DNA of 63,479 nucleotides, filler included, from Sphacelaria rigidula (lineage: Eukaryota), in the NCBI GenBank assembly GCA_964200075.2. It is 10 parts of 10 records of this genome, joined end to end, with 100 filler letters (N's around TTAATTAATTAA, not from the genome) between each part and the next. Parts side by side here need not be neighbours in the genome. Positions count along the whole stretch, not along the records: positions 6,360 to 12,618 come from CAXNAA020021179.1; positions 12,719 to 18,976 come from CAXNAA020021180.1; positions 19,077 to 25,334 come from CAXNAA020021181.1; 7 more parts are not named here. One strand, written 5' to 3'. Numbering within the stretch: position 1 is the stretch's first letter; each line of letters opens with the position of its first letter. The notes beneath the pieces were generated by a model, which ran no database searches, was not told the origin of the DNA, and saw only the letters and a program-made list of their open reading frames with translations. The position numbers were made by a program, and so were the translations under genes. Positions 11,632-22,760 of the stretch are shown one piece after another.

Positions 11632-13159
11632 TCACTCAACACACAAACACACAAACAACACAACAAGATGAATCTCTCGCATTACGTAGCTGATTCCAAT
11701 ACTCCAGCTCGTGATCAGAAAACGAAACGGAGAAAAATGCTGTATTAGGTTATCATCCGAAGGGGAAAGGCCGCCTGAGCACAATATGGGTTATCCAGCA
11801 ATTCATAGGTGTCTGCCAACCACTATTGAAGCATGATACGCTATTCTACAATGTAGCAGAGTGGAACAGCAATAATCCACAGGCACCTACCCTGACCGCC
11901 TGTTGCTCCCGGGTGAAGATTCAAACAAGTGTTTGGTCGCCAGCAGTCGGCTGTGAACGCGCGTAAACAAGGGTCGCAAACCTCCTCTTGCCCCCCAAAA
12001 CCTCCCGGGGGGCGAGGGCGGGACGGGGGGGGTGGGCATTTACTCCTATGACTAATTTGGCGAGCCCCCTTCGCTTGTTCGAAACGTGCTGCCGCAACTT
12101 ATAATATAGTCGACGCGGCGGTAGTTTGTTCTCGGCCGCAATATCCATCTGTATGCGCATCCAAGTTTTGCAGGTCGTGTGTAATGCGTTACACCTCCGG
12201 CTACGGGCATTATGAAACAGGAAGTGGCGAGCTCCAATGCAAGATGCTGGAGTTGCTGGCCACAACAGTGACGCTCAAGTTGAACTTGCGAAACCGTATA
12301 AGTCGGACATGAACCCTTTTTGAACTCCAAGGACGTAGACTAATGATCGCAGGCTGACGAAAATGCGTGCAAGTACGGTTGATACGTTACTACAGCAGCC
12401 AGCATCAGAAGTTTTCAGAATTTGTAGTTGTTGTAGCTGTTGTTGTTTTTGAGTTTTTCTCGAGTACTATTCTTCATTGCTACTTGAAAGTGCTAGCGCT
12501 GGTAGATTTAGGGGGAAAGCGTAGGCCGTGCTCAAGCTGCAGTGCCCAAGTTGGTGTTTTTGGGGCGATACGGACTAGATACCCCGCTTATCAGGAGGGG
12601 GCTATTGACCGTTCTTGGNNNNNNNNNNNNNNNNNNNNNNNNNNNNNNNNNNNNNNNNNNNNTTAATTAATTAANNNNNNNNNNNNNNNNNNNNNNNNNN
12701 NNNNNNNNNNNNNNNNNNCTCTGGTGATATCGTCATCGACACGCGTGTACGCCGCATTCGTTGGGTGCACCTAGCCAGAGTTGCTTAACCCTTGGACCGC
12801 GGTGCTGGTAGTTCATCTGGACCACGTGTACTTTTTTCAAGTGAATACGAGTATTGATGCCGATTCAGCAGGTGACCTATTCTCGTGGTCTAGCGGAGTT
12901 TTGAGGAGGAAGGTACTTTCGCTCTGTGTTACTGTTTCGTATCTTCCCTGCAAAAGAGAAATGCGACTTCAACCTCATGTTTTGTTTCAACCCCAAAAAT
13001 TAGGATCCGCTGTTATTTTCTGATGACATTTTCCGATGGCCCAAATTCGTAAATAAATCAGAATTTTCTGATAGCTTTGGGCTATCAGAAAATATTAATA
13101 GAAACGCGTTTGAAATCCCGCTGCACGCCAACACACCCTCCAGCCCACGACAGCAGCCA

Positions 13160-13755
13160 TGGTGGCGTGGCTGCCATTACCACTGCTGTCGCTGGTGCTC
13201 GTGGGCAGTTAACGTGTTGCTTCATTGTCCTTCGCTCTCCAGTATCATGGTGATCCTTTCCCCCATGAGAACAGCACAGGACAGGGTCGATGACGAGTGC
13301 TGGACAAACACTCTATATGAAGTTCGCACAGACAGTATTGTAGCTCGCAGTTTAGGTCTGTGCATGCAGCGTGTTGCGAACAGCACTCGCAAGGCAGTAC
13401 AGACTGCCCACGCACCGAAGACTTGTAGAAACAGGACCGCACTGACTGAACACACAAGAACACAGTATAAGCAGTGCTTCTGCTGTAGTGTCTACAGGGC
13501 TTGGGTGCTCGGGCAATCTGGACTGTATTTGAGTGCTGTTTGCAGCACGCTGCGTGCGTAGACCTGGACTGAGCTATCATACTGTGCAAACTACATCATA
13601 CATGGTGTCTGTACAGCAATCGTCATCGCCCCTACCCTGCTCTGTTCTCATGGGGGTAAGGGCCATCACCGTACTGGCGAGCGAAGGACAGTAAAGCAAC
13701 ACGCTGGCTGCCAGCGCACTAGCGACAGCAGTGGTGATGGCATCCAAGCGATCAC
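13160..13755 (+). ncRNA. Long imperfect hairpin, candidate miRNA or hairpin-RNA precursor
   Basis: Arms ~13160-13445 and ~13470-13755 are reverse complements, with mismatches dominated by G:U pairs on the + strand; no TSD or second copy seen. Confidence 0.55.
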
Positions 13756-13772
13756 TACAGCCAATGCAGAAA

Positions 13773-13929
13773 ATGCAGTGCTGTTGTGTGTACTGTTGTC
13801 CGTGACCAGCGGTATTCGTATTGACTGTCTTGCGTCATTCGGCCCACCATATCGCTCCGGCAATGCATCACAGTAGTACAGACAGTCAGTACAAACCGTA
13901 CACGACAACACGACAGCAGAGTGCTGCAT
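13773..13929 (+). ncRNA. Second hairpin adjacent to the long fold-back
   Basis: GTATTGACTGTCT pairs with AGACAGTCAGTAC; closing ATGCAGTGC pairs with GTGCTGCAT through G:U. Confidence 0.4.
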
Positions 13930-14325
13930 CTATCTCGCGCGCTCCAAGATTTGAAATTTATGCATGCACACCTCACAGAACACGGTGAACACTACGTTTC
14001 CAATTTTGACAGAGAGTCGATCACGTAAGAAGAGCTACTTTAAAACATTGTGCGGAAAATCGCGCTGTTGAAAAACGGCTTGTCTGACAGCGTGTTATTT
14101 TATAACTAAGAAGTAGCCTTGAATGCCATCGAGATAATGATGATGTTATGATGCAGTGCTCCAGCAATAACTTGAAATGTGAGGTGTGGTGGGGAGAGCG
14201 CGAAATTGCTGCAATAGCACCATACCTATACCATGGTCGATCAAACTCACTCGCGTTTATTGAAGCACGATCTTCCGGGATATTAATATTCATTGCAAAC
14301 TTGAAGTTTTACCCCTCCATGTGAC

Positions 14326-14685
14326 GTGTTCATGACGTCTCATGTAACGTGTAACGTAACACGTCACGTAACATGTAACGTTACGGGTAACGTGTAACGT
14401 CTAATGCAGGCGTAACGTGTAGTAGACGTTACACGTTACATGAAACGTTACATATTACGTGATTTGAACGTTTGCGCAATTTGACGCTTACGTTACGTAA
14501 CGTATGTCACGTTAAAAAAAATCACGTTACGTTAACGTTTCATTTGAAAATTTAACCTTATGTTCACGTCACATTCCTCAAGTAAGACAATTGAAGGTTC
14601 ACGTTACGTTCCGGCCAAAACGTAACGTGAACGTAACGTATAACGCTGTGGCACGTGTAACGTATATAGACCCCTGGTCATGAAC
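14326..14685. mobile_element. hAT-like MITE rich in GTAAC/GTTAC subterminal repeats
   Basis: Dense CGTAAC/GTTACG motifs in both orientations; right end TAGACCCCTG (CAGGGGTCTA on the minus strand). Confidence 0.5.
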
Positions 14686-15009
14686 ACAAAAAACAATCCC
14701 GCCCCCAAGTTCTGATCACCGTCAACATGCACTAAAGTGTACCCGAATTAATCCAAGTACATGCGCACTGGGGCTCAAGTCGGCAGCATTGTAACATATG
14801 TTGTTGTGCAGCTTAAGGCGCACAGCACAGCATATGACTAGAGCCTCGAGCAATGGTGGCCCCGAAATTTCTTTTTCCTCCAGTCACTCCTACTCAATGT
14901 CGCACGCGTCTTGGTATCAAAGCCCCCGATACTGAACACTCGGCCACGCGAAAAAAAACGCCACGGCGATTGATATTCTGGCAAAGCACGCGAAACGTAA
15001 GGCGGACAC

Positions 15010-15345
15010 TGTATGCACACGTGGACAAATAGCACCCTGTGGGGCACGTCTACAAGGCTCAGGGAAGCGGTGCAGTGTTTCTCGCAGGGAGTTGGCTGTA
15101 GGGTGTTTTTTTGCACCACACAGGACGCTTCACAGGGTTTCAGGGAGAATGTGCAGTATTTCTCGCGGGGATTTGGCTGTAGGGTATTATTTTGCGCCAC
15201 ACAGGACGCTTCACAGGGTTTCGTCCCTCCGTGTAGTGTTCATTGCTGTTAATATGCTGTACAGTGTTTTTACGCACATGTGATATGCTCGACCTTGCAG
15301 CGCAGGCGTAGTACAGGCGAAAAAATAGATCATTTGTGAAGGGGG
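15010..15345 (+). repeat. Partial copy of family D with an internal ~80-bp tandem duplication
   Basis: Similar to 17705-17990 and 21180-21510 (CACAGGACGCT...CAGGGTTT). Confidence 0.6.
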
Positions 15346-16824
15346 TGGATATCGAACGCGGACTTTGGTGGCCGGGAGAAGAACGCACTTGGCATTGAAC
15401 CACCTATAACATGTTGTTAACGTGGATACAATTTTGGAGTTCTAATGGATACATCGAGCAATATAACTTTAGAAACGAAAACATGAGCACCCTTATTTTG
15501 TAATTTTAAAATGGTTGCCTATTGGCAACTTTGGGGGAAAGTGCTCTCCTGGGTGTAATTTACCTCTGGAGTTTGACCTTTGGGACCCCAGCAATTTTGT
15601 GCTCCAGAGTACTTGTATATTATATAGTGTCAACCATGACCCCGAGATCCCTACAAATCACCCAAAACAAGAACACTTTTGTTCCCAGCTTCACCGCACA
15701 ACCCCATATAACAGTGAATCCTAGAAATGGGGATGATACAAAATATGGGGTTGAAGTGGCATTTTTCTTTTGCAGGGAAGACGCGAAACACTAGCGACNN
15801 NNNNGCACCTAACGAATGCGGTGTACACGCGTGTCGATGACGATATCACCAGAGAGAGAAGCAACGATAGAGAGGGAGCTCCTCGCCCGCATCCTTTTTT
15901 GTGTGTCCCCGCTTAGCGTTTACCAAACTCTCGAGAGACTGGCATCACCGATCTTACCAACATGTCTCAAATTTCCCATGTCCCGAAACACCAAGCTGCG
16001 GAGAGATTCCATCGCCTCTTCTTGCCCGTCGTCAACGCGAAGATCGAGTTCTCTCTGCCTCTCCATTTGAACAGGACGCGCCTCTGTGCACTGCAAAACA
16101 TGTCGTTGAAAAAATAGGGCAATGTTCCCGTCACCGCTACTAACAATGTTTTCGTGAAATTGAGAGTTGAGGATCCGAATGAGAGCGAGAGAGTTTATCC
16201 GAACCGCGCCAACGGGGGCCATTCGAATTGTTCCACGACACTTTGGGTTGTAGTATAACAAGAGGCCATTTGACCCTTAGAGCAGACGTACTCAAAGTTT
16301 GAGTAGAGTATTTATTGTTCCATTCCCCGTCCTCCAACGAAGGCCATGACCGGTCTTGTCGGTACGGCGTGGGGAGGGTATTTTCGGCAGGTGAAGGGCC
16401 GGAATCACCTTCATGGAGTGATTCCTTCTCACTGCTACCCTTGGCCAAGGCTGTGGTGTGGTGGTAGAGTTGGCTCAGCACGGTGCTCATCAGGCACACC
16501 CACCCCTGTTCTCATGCAGCAGTATAGTATGTCAACACCCTGAGTGCAGGCATAACCTGGCCTACAAGCAGTGTAATGTGTCTACACCCTGAGTGCGGGC
16601 ATGTTGGAATACGGTGTGTGCGCGGAGGCAGTTGGCACCGCTGTCGACAGCTGGCACGCACACCCTTGATACAAAGGAGCGTGTGCTGGTGTGTAGACTG
16701 GCTTCGGCGACAAAGACGGTGAGGTCTGGTCGAGCCTCCTGGACGAGACACTACACAGGTGCATCAGAGTGGATAATGAAGAGCAGTAGACCTAAAGAAA
16801 TCTCCGTACACAATGGTTGACAGG

Positions 16825-16934
16825 TAGGCTTCTACTTATTATGCTAGCACGGTTTTTGAAGACTTCGTTTATGTTGAAAATAGTCTGGGGTCGCTATTAA
16901 GTAAAACCGTGCTAGCATAGTAAGTAGAAGACTA
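16825..16934. mobile_element. 110-bp hAT mini-MITE
   Basis: ~32-bp TIRs TAGGCTTCTACTTATTATGCTAGCACGGTTTT; perfect 8-bp TSD TTGACAGG on both sides. Confidence 0.85.
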
Positions 16935-17229
16935 TTGACAGGAATGACTACAAGGTTTTAGACTCGATAAAGTTCCGAAAAATACATGGTCTGGGGCAGG
17001 TGAGCAGTGGACCCAGCTCGCCCAGAACGTGTTTTTGTCGACATCGGCGTCTTAGGCGACGGTTTGAAGTCTGCCAACGCACACTAGGCCTAGGAGAATC
17101 AGTGCACCCTCCTCGCCCGAGGGTCTCGTGCGCCTTGGGTCGGGATCGGGGTTGGAGCTAGTGTTGGTGTTAGTTTGTAACACTCCATGATGTTCCCCAT
17201 CAAGCGTTATCTATGAACATATTTGCAGC

Positions 17230-18793
17230 TCCCCCCCCTTTGACCGCGAGAATAGGTAAGGAGTTGGGCACAGGGATATACATACACACTGCCGTCGTTG
17301 GGTATGAAGTATTTATTGTTGATGCACGGAAACTTGAGCAACTTTTATGGTCGTGCGGCATTGCATGGCGACGGATCGAACCGCCATATGCACGCGGGGT
17401 ATAGATAGCATGTACTCACCGCATAGTTGTTGCATGGGGGCAGGCATCGTCAGTACAAAGCTGCACGTTGTTCAAGTCCTTTTCACGTCGCAGCAGTGTA
17501 GGCAGAGAAGAGATACATTCCTGCGCTGTCTGTACTGTTTTTCCCCCGCTTCCTTTTCATGCCCTGCCCACTGCGTGCTGCACTCGCGTGCGCATTCAAG
17601 CATGTATATGTATGTGCGCGCGCGGTGTGAACTCTGTAGTCACCCCTGGTGGTATGTAACACCCCCGTATATCAAAATATAAGCTGCAGCATATATCCAC
17701 ATCACACCTGGACAGATAGCACCCTGTGAAGGGGGGCTACAGGGTTTACTTACTCTGCGCAGTGTTTCTAGCGGGAATTTTACTGTACAGTGTTTTCCAG
17801 CGTAGCACAGGACGCTCCACAGGGTTTCTCTACAGTGGTCATGAATAGTGTGCATCATAGGGTTCCGTCGCCCCGTGAAGAGTTCATCGCTGATGGCAAT
17901 GCTGTGCAGTGTGTTTACGCACAAACACTACCCTCCACATCCAGCTGCGGGTGCAAGGTACTGGCGGAAAAAAAAACAGATTAGGTTTTTCGGGGAATCG
18001 AGCCCCCGACTTCACCGTTGTACGCTAGACCGGTTACACACGGAGCTACGCGTGGTAGTCGTTATGGATGAGAGGTATTTTTTGTACTTTTAAATTTTGG
18101 GGTCCTCGAAGGTCCGTGCCAATAACACTGAAATCCCCCGAAATGTTTTTAGAGGCACCAGTGTAATGGAAATCTTGAATTTGGACAGCCTCTGCTGTTC
18201 GAAATAAATCCTAATTCCAAACTTGGAGTAGGGAAAAAAGGATTCATTTCGAAGAGCTTAAGCTGTACAGATAATTCCATATACACTGTATATAGCAAAT
18301 GGAATTTGTACACCGCCAAGAATACCTGAAATTGGGTGGAGAAAGAACTTGCTCGCGAGCAGCTTCAGCTGTTCAAGTCCCACATCTTGCACGCAAGCTT
18401 TTGTTGCAGCTGACGTCAGGATAACGGATCGCAGTTTACCTCGGTCATGGATGCATATACCTGATGAAAACCCCGTAGTCCCGTGTCGACGAAACTAAAA
18501 CAATATACAGGGAATAATGAAACATCTCGATCATCGCACGGTTGATACCGCGTACTCGGGATATATATTCACAACAATCAACTGTACTGGACTGTACAAT
18601 ACCATTGCATGCGGGACAGTGCGCTATACCGGCGTGCTTATACGTGTGGCGCCATGTACTGCAGATGGTTGGCTATGTATACAATGTAGATGCCTGCAGC
18701 ATATTTTGATATATGGGGCGGGCGTTATATACCGTCACGAACTCCAGTTTTTCACGCGCGTTCCACAGCATATTTGCGCACAGCTGCTGCAGC
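17230..18793. mobile_element. Long-TIR non-autonomous element, family D (left arm + body)
   Basis: 17705-18793 aligns to 21180-22342; 17620-17695 is inverted relative to 18692-18760; 17260-17370 is inverted relative to 22620-22735. Confidence 0.7.
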
Positions 18794-18883
18794 TGTGACG
18801 GTTTATGAGACTACCAACTAGACTACTGACAAGTCAGCGCTGACTTGTCAGTAGTCTAGTTGGTAGTCTCTTAAACCGTCACA
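18794..18883. repeat. 90-bp spacer-less palindrome (1 mismatch) whose right half is a tRNA-like head
   Basis: TGTGACGG...GTCAGC|GCTGAC...CCGTCACA; A-box-like TAGTCTAGTTGGT and B-box GGTTCGATTCC at ~18897-18907. Confidence 0.85.
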
Positions 18884-19139
18884 AAAGTTAGTCGCTGGTT
18901 CGATTCCCGTCGGACGCACTTTAAAAAGAAAAAAGAGGAGAGAAAACCTCTGGTAAAAAATTGACCCCAAGGAGAGNNNNNNNNNNNNNNNNNNNNNNNN
19001 NNNNNNNNNNNNNNNNNNNNTTAATTAATTAANNNNNNNNNNNNNNNNNNNNNNNNNNNNNNNNNNNNNNNNNNNNGATGGGGTATACGATATTATTGCG
19101 AGAGGAATACGGTAGTGAAATAAGGGAATATGTAACTAT

Positions 19140-20230
19140 ATATTGCTGCTACCGTACGCTTCAGTCATGAATTTCGAGTGTTCCTTGTCTTTTTCTTGTG
19201 CCGCTTTGTTATCGATTGCTTCCCATTTGGTGATATACGGGCACATGTGTGAGCCAAGGCGCCTGGGCTCTATTTCCAGTAGAATATGTGTCGGTAGTTA
19301 CAGAAGAGCACCCTTCAAAAGCTTCACTCCTGTAACTATTGATCAGTTCGCGGGAAAGTTGTTTTTAGCGAGACTCAAGCCCCGCACTACCCTAGAATCC
19401 AGTGTAATTGATCCAGGGTGTCGACGCGCGATCACGCTAACTAGCCGATCGTTCTCCAGTCTAACTGAGATCCCGGGAAAACGACAGCGACCGTACTTGT
19501 CTGCTGTTTCTGTCGCTGGGAAGGGCGTTATAGATTTTTTTCCTTTCCTAACGGATGGAGTTTTCCCATGCTTATCAAGGTTTACCTATTATATTAGATC
19601 TGCAACGAGTTTTCCCCTGTACAGTAATTCAGCAGGTTTTTCTCGTTTTACTTTCAGGCGTATGATGCACAGGCTTTGTTTTTGTTCTGGCCCTGCCAGC
19701 CCCACAATAAATTTGTGTATAGTCATATAAATATGGCTAGGGGGATGTTACAGATTTATTGGTCATGTTCCAGTCGACTGGGTTCCATTTGTCATACTTT
19801 GTCATGCTTGGTACCTGATGGGTCATACTATATTGATTGGATTGACTTGGCCGCCCCCCTTGGGTCACAGCGTTTTGGACCATGCATCTTAACTAGCAAA
19901 GCACAAGTTAGCCTGTACGCCAATAATACGAGAGCATCTACGCCATCATGGCCTGCTATCTCAGAGGATTCTCTGGTCTTCACAAATATAAGCCTGACCT
20001 TCATGTAACACATGTTGTCTCGCAGCCTGCGCGGCTCATGGCATGCCACCTGACCACTGGTGCGGGGGCTGACTTTACATCTGATAACGTCAAACTCAAT
20101 GGCTTTGATACTAATGATGGTGTTTGGGCCTGCTAGCCCCGGTGCCCACTGAACTGGCACCTCCCTACCTAGGTGATGAGTATCGTACCATGACACTTTT
20201 ACATGGGCACCAAACGCTGGGCTTCTCACT
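19140..20230 (-). pseudogene. Decayed coding relic, possibly retroelement-derived (RNase H-like segment)
   Basis: Long minus frames broken by isolated stops; VRLIFVK...AGHDGVDAL loosely resembles the RNase H C-terminal motif; 195-aa antisense shadow ORF. Confidence 0.3.
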
Positions 20231-20629
20231 CAAGACTTCGATTTGGAGGATAATACTGGGTAGGCAGCGGCAACTCCTTCTGTGTGTCCAGGTGCTCCTC
20301 GGAGCAGGATGCATTTGGTGTCCGTTTGACGAAGTTATCCCCAAAAAAACGAAATCGATGAGGGTTCTAGACTGGAAAAATCTAGGGGGAAAACTATGGC
20401 AAGAATCCAATCGCAAGAATCCCGACGCGAAAAAACTATCGCAAGAATCCGATCGCAAGAATCAGGACGCAAGAATCGCGACGCAAAAACGGAGTCGCAA
20501 AAAACCTCTTAGTCGATTTTTTACCTGCAGCAGAAACCAACTTCACTTAGTTGGAATACAAGGTTCCCTTCCGAAAGGTTGGTACGGGCCTCCCGGGGGT
20601 GACGCAAGTCCAAATTATATTTTGTCAAG

Positions 20630-20850
20630 CTTTCCACGATCTTGGAGAGGCTTTTGTGGTTCGGGATCGACACCCCGCGAAAATGGGCCAGTTTGCCAGA
20701 ACATGCGCCACAGGTATCAGATGACGCCCAACCCTGAATGGTAATGTACCGCTGAGCATTCCCAGCGCGCTGCAAAAGGAGGCGTGGGGGGAAATACTTT
20801 GCCGCCAGAGAAAACTCGACAAAAGTGGTGAAAAATGTGAAATTATAAAT
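20630..20850 (+). repeat. Dispersed repeat family E (also 23900-24130 and reverse at 37800-38040)
   Basis: Shared GGCTTTTGTGGTTCGGGATCGACACCCCGCGA ... GAGAAAACTCG(G/A)CAAAAGTGG. Confidence 0.75.
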
Positions 20851-21169
20851 GTACATGATAAACATTGCGCGTAACAGCACTGACAGCACTTGCACGACCG
20901 TGCCTCCTGAAGTGAGTACCTCTACAGGCGATACCGAGATAGGTATCGCGTAGAATGAGACCATCCAGCGTGTGCACAATACGGATCGATGCTTATTTGC
21001 CGGGGCAGGAGCCACCCAGCAGGTCATGATGTAGAAGTGAGCGCATCTGCGTGTTCACACATGCGTTCACTGACGTCTCACGCAGGCTGGGCTGAGGAGA
21101 CTCCGTGTTGCGGGCGTATCGATGGCACTGCCCACAATCCGTATTCGCTTCGTGCGTCTGGCGCACCCC

Positions 21170-22760
21170 GTAAAACGTGCACACGTGGACAGAGAGCACC
21201 CTGTGGAGGGGGTCTACGGGGTTTACGTACCCTGCGCAGTGTTTCTGGCGGGAATTTTACTGGACAGTGTTTTTCAGCGTATCACAGGACGCTCCACAGC
21301 GTTTCCCTACAGTGGTCATGAATAGTGTGCATCATAGGGTTCCTCTCCACAGGTTTTCTCTACAGTGGTCATGAACAGTGTGCATCACAGGGTTCCGTCG
21401 CCCCGTGAAGAGGTCATCGCTTCTGGCAATGCTGTGCAGTGTGTTCACGCACAAACACTGCCCTCCACATGCAGCTGCGGGCGCAAGGTACTGGCGGAAA
21501 AAGGAACTGATTAGGTTGGACAGTGAATCGAACCCGCGCTTTCATAATTATGTAGTCGTTGTGGACAGAACGTTTTCTTTGTACTTCTGAATTTTGGGGC
21601 CCTCGAAGGCCCGTGTCAATAACACTGAAATCCCCCGAATTGGTTTTAGAGGCACAAGTGTAGTGGAAATCTGGAATTTGGATAGCCTCTGCTGTTCGAA
21701 ATAAATACTAATTCCAAACTTGGAATGGCGCAAAAAGGATTCATTCAAAATAAATCCTAATTCCAAACTTGGAATAGGGGAAAAAGGATTCATTTCAAAG
21801 AGCTTAAGCTGTACAGATAATCCCATATACACTGTATATAGCAGATGGAATTTGTACACCAAGAATACCTGAAATTGGATGGAGAAAGAACTTGCTCGCG
21901 AGCAGCTTCAGCTGTTCAAGTCCCACATACTACACGCAAGCTTTTGTTGCAGCTGACGTCATGGTAGTGGATCTCAATTTACCTCGGTGATAGATGCATA
22001 TACCTGATGAAAACCCCGTAGTCCCATGTCGACAAAACTAAAACAATATATACAGGGGATAATGAAACATCTCATCGCGCGGTTGATACTGCATGCGTAC
22101 GCGGGATATATATTCACAACAATAAACTGGACTGGACTGTACAATACCATTGCATGCGAGACAGTGTGCTATGCCGCCGTGCTTACACGTGCAGCGCCAT
22201 GTACTGCAGATGGTTGGCTATAAATACAATGTAGATACCTGCAGCTTATTTTGATATATGGGGCGGGTGTTATATACCGTCGCGAACTCCAGTTTTTCAC
22301 GCGCGCGTTCCACATCATATTTGCGCGCACAGCTGCTGCAGCACAGTAAGTAGGGCGTGAAAGGAAAGGGTGAAAGTACAGTACAGACAACGCGGAGTTA
22401 TGTATGTGTATGTTCTCTACCTACAGTGCGACGTGAGAAAGGCTTGAACAACGTGCAGCATATATATCGTACACGGCCTGTATGCTGCGGTATGTTATAT
22501 CGCGGTGCGTCCGCAGCATGCATATGATGGTGAGTGTGTATATATATGCATAGTATAGGCGGCCGGTTGATTATTGTTCCTCGCACCCGCGCCTATATAT
22601 ACGCACCCCGCGCATGTCGTCGCCGCGCGATGTCGCGACCACGAAAGAAGGTGCTCAAGTTTCCACCAACGAGAAATACATCATATCCACCCGCACGGCA
22701 GTGTGTATGTGTCTATATCCCTGTGCCCAACCCGTGCTCTTTGCTGCGGGGTTGGGGTGG
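21170..22760. mobile_element. Family D copy (body + right long arm)
   Basis: High similarity to 17705-18793, with two small internal duplications. Confidence 0.7.

Noticed and set aside
18461..18495. CTGATGA...GAAA hammerhead-like core in family D
   Set aside because: No stem II pairing, and the sister copy at ~22004 lacks GAAA
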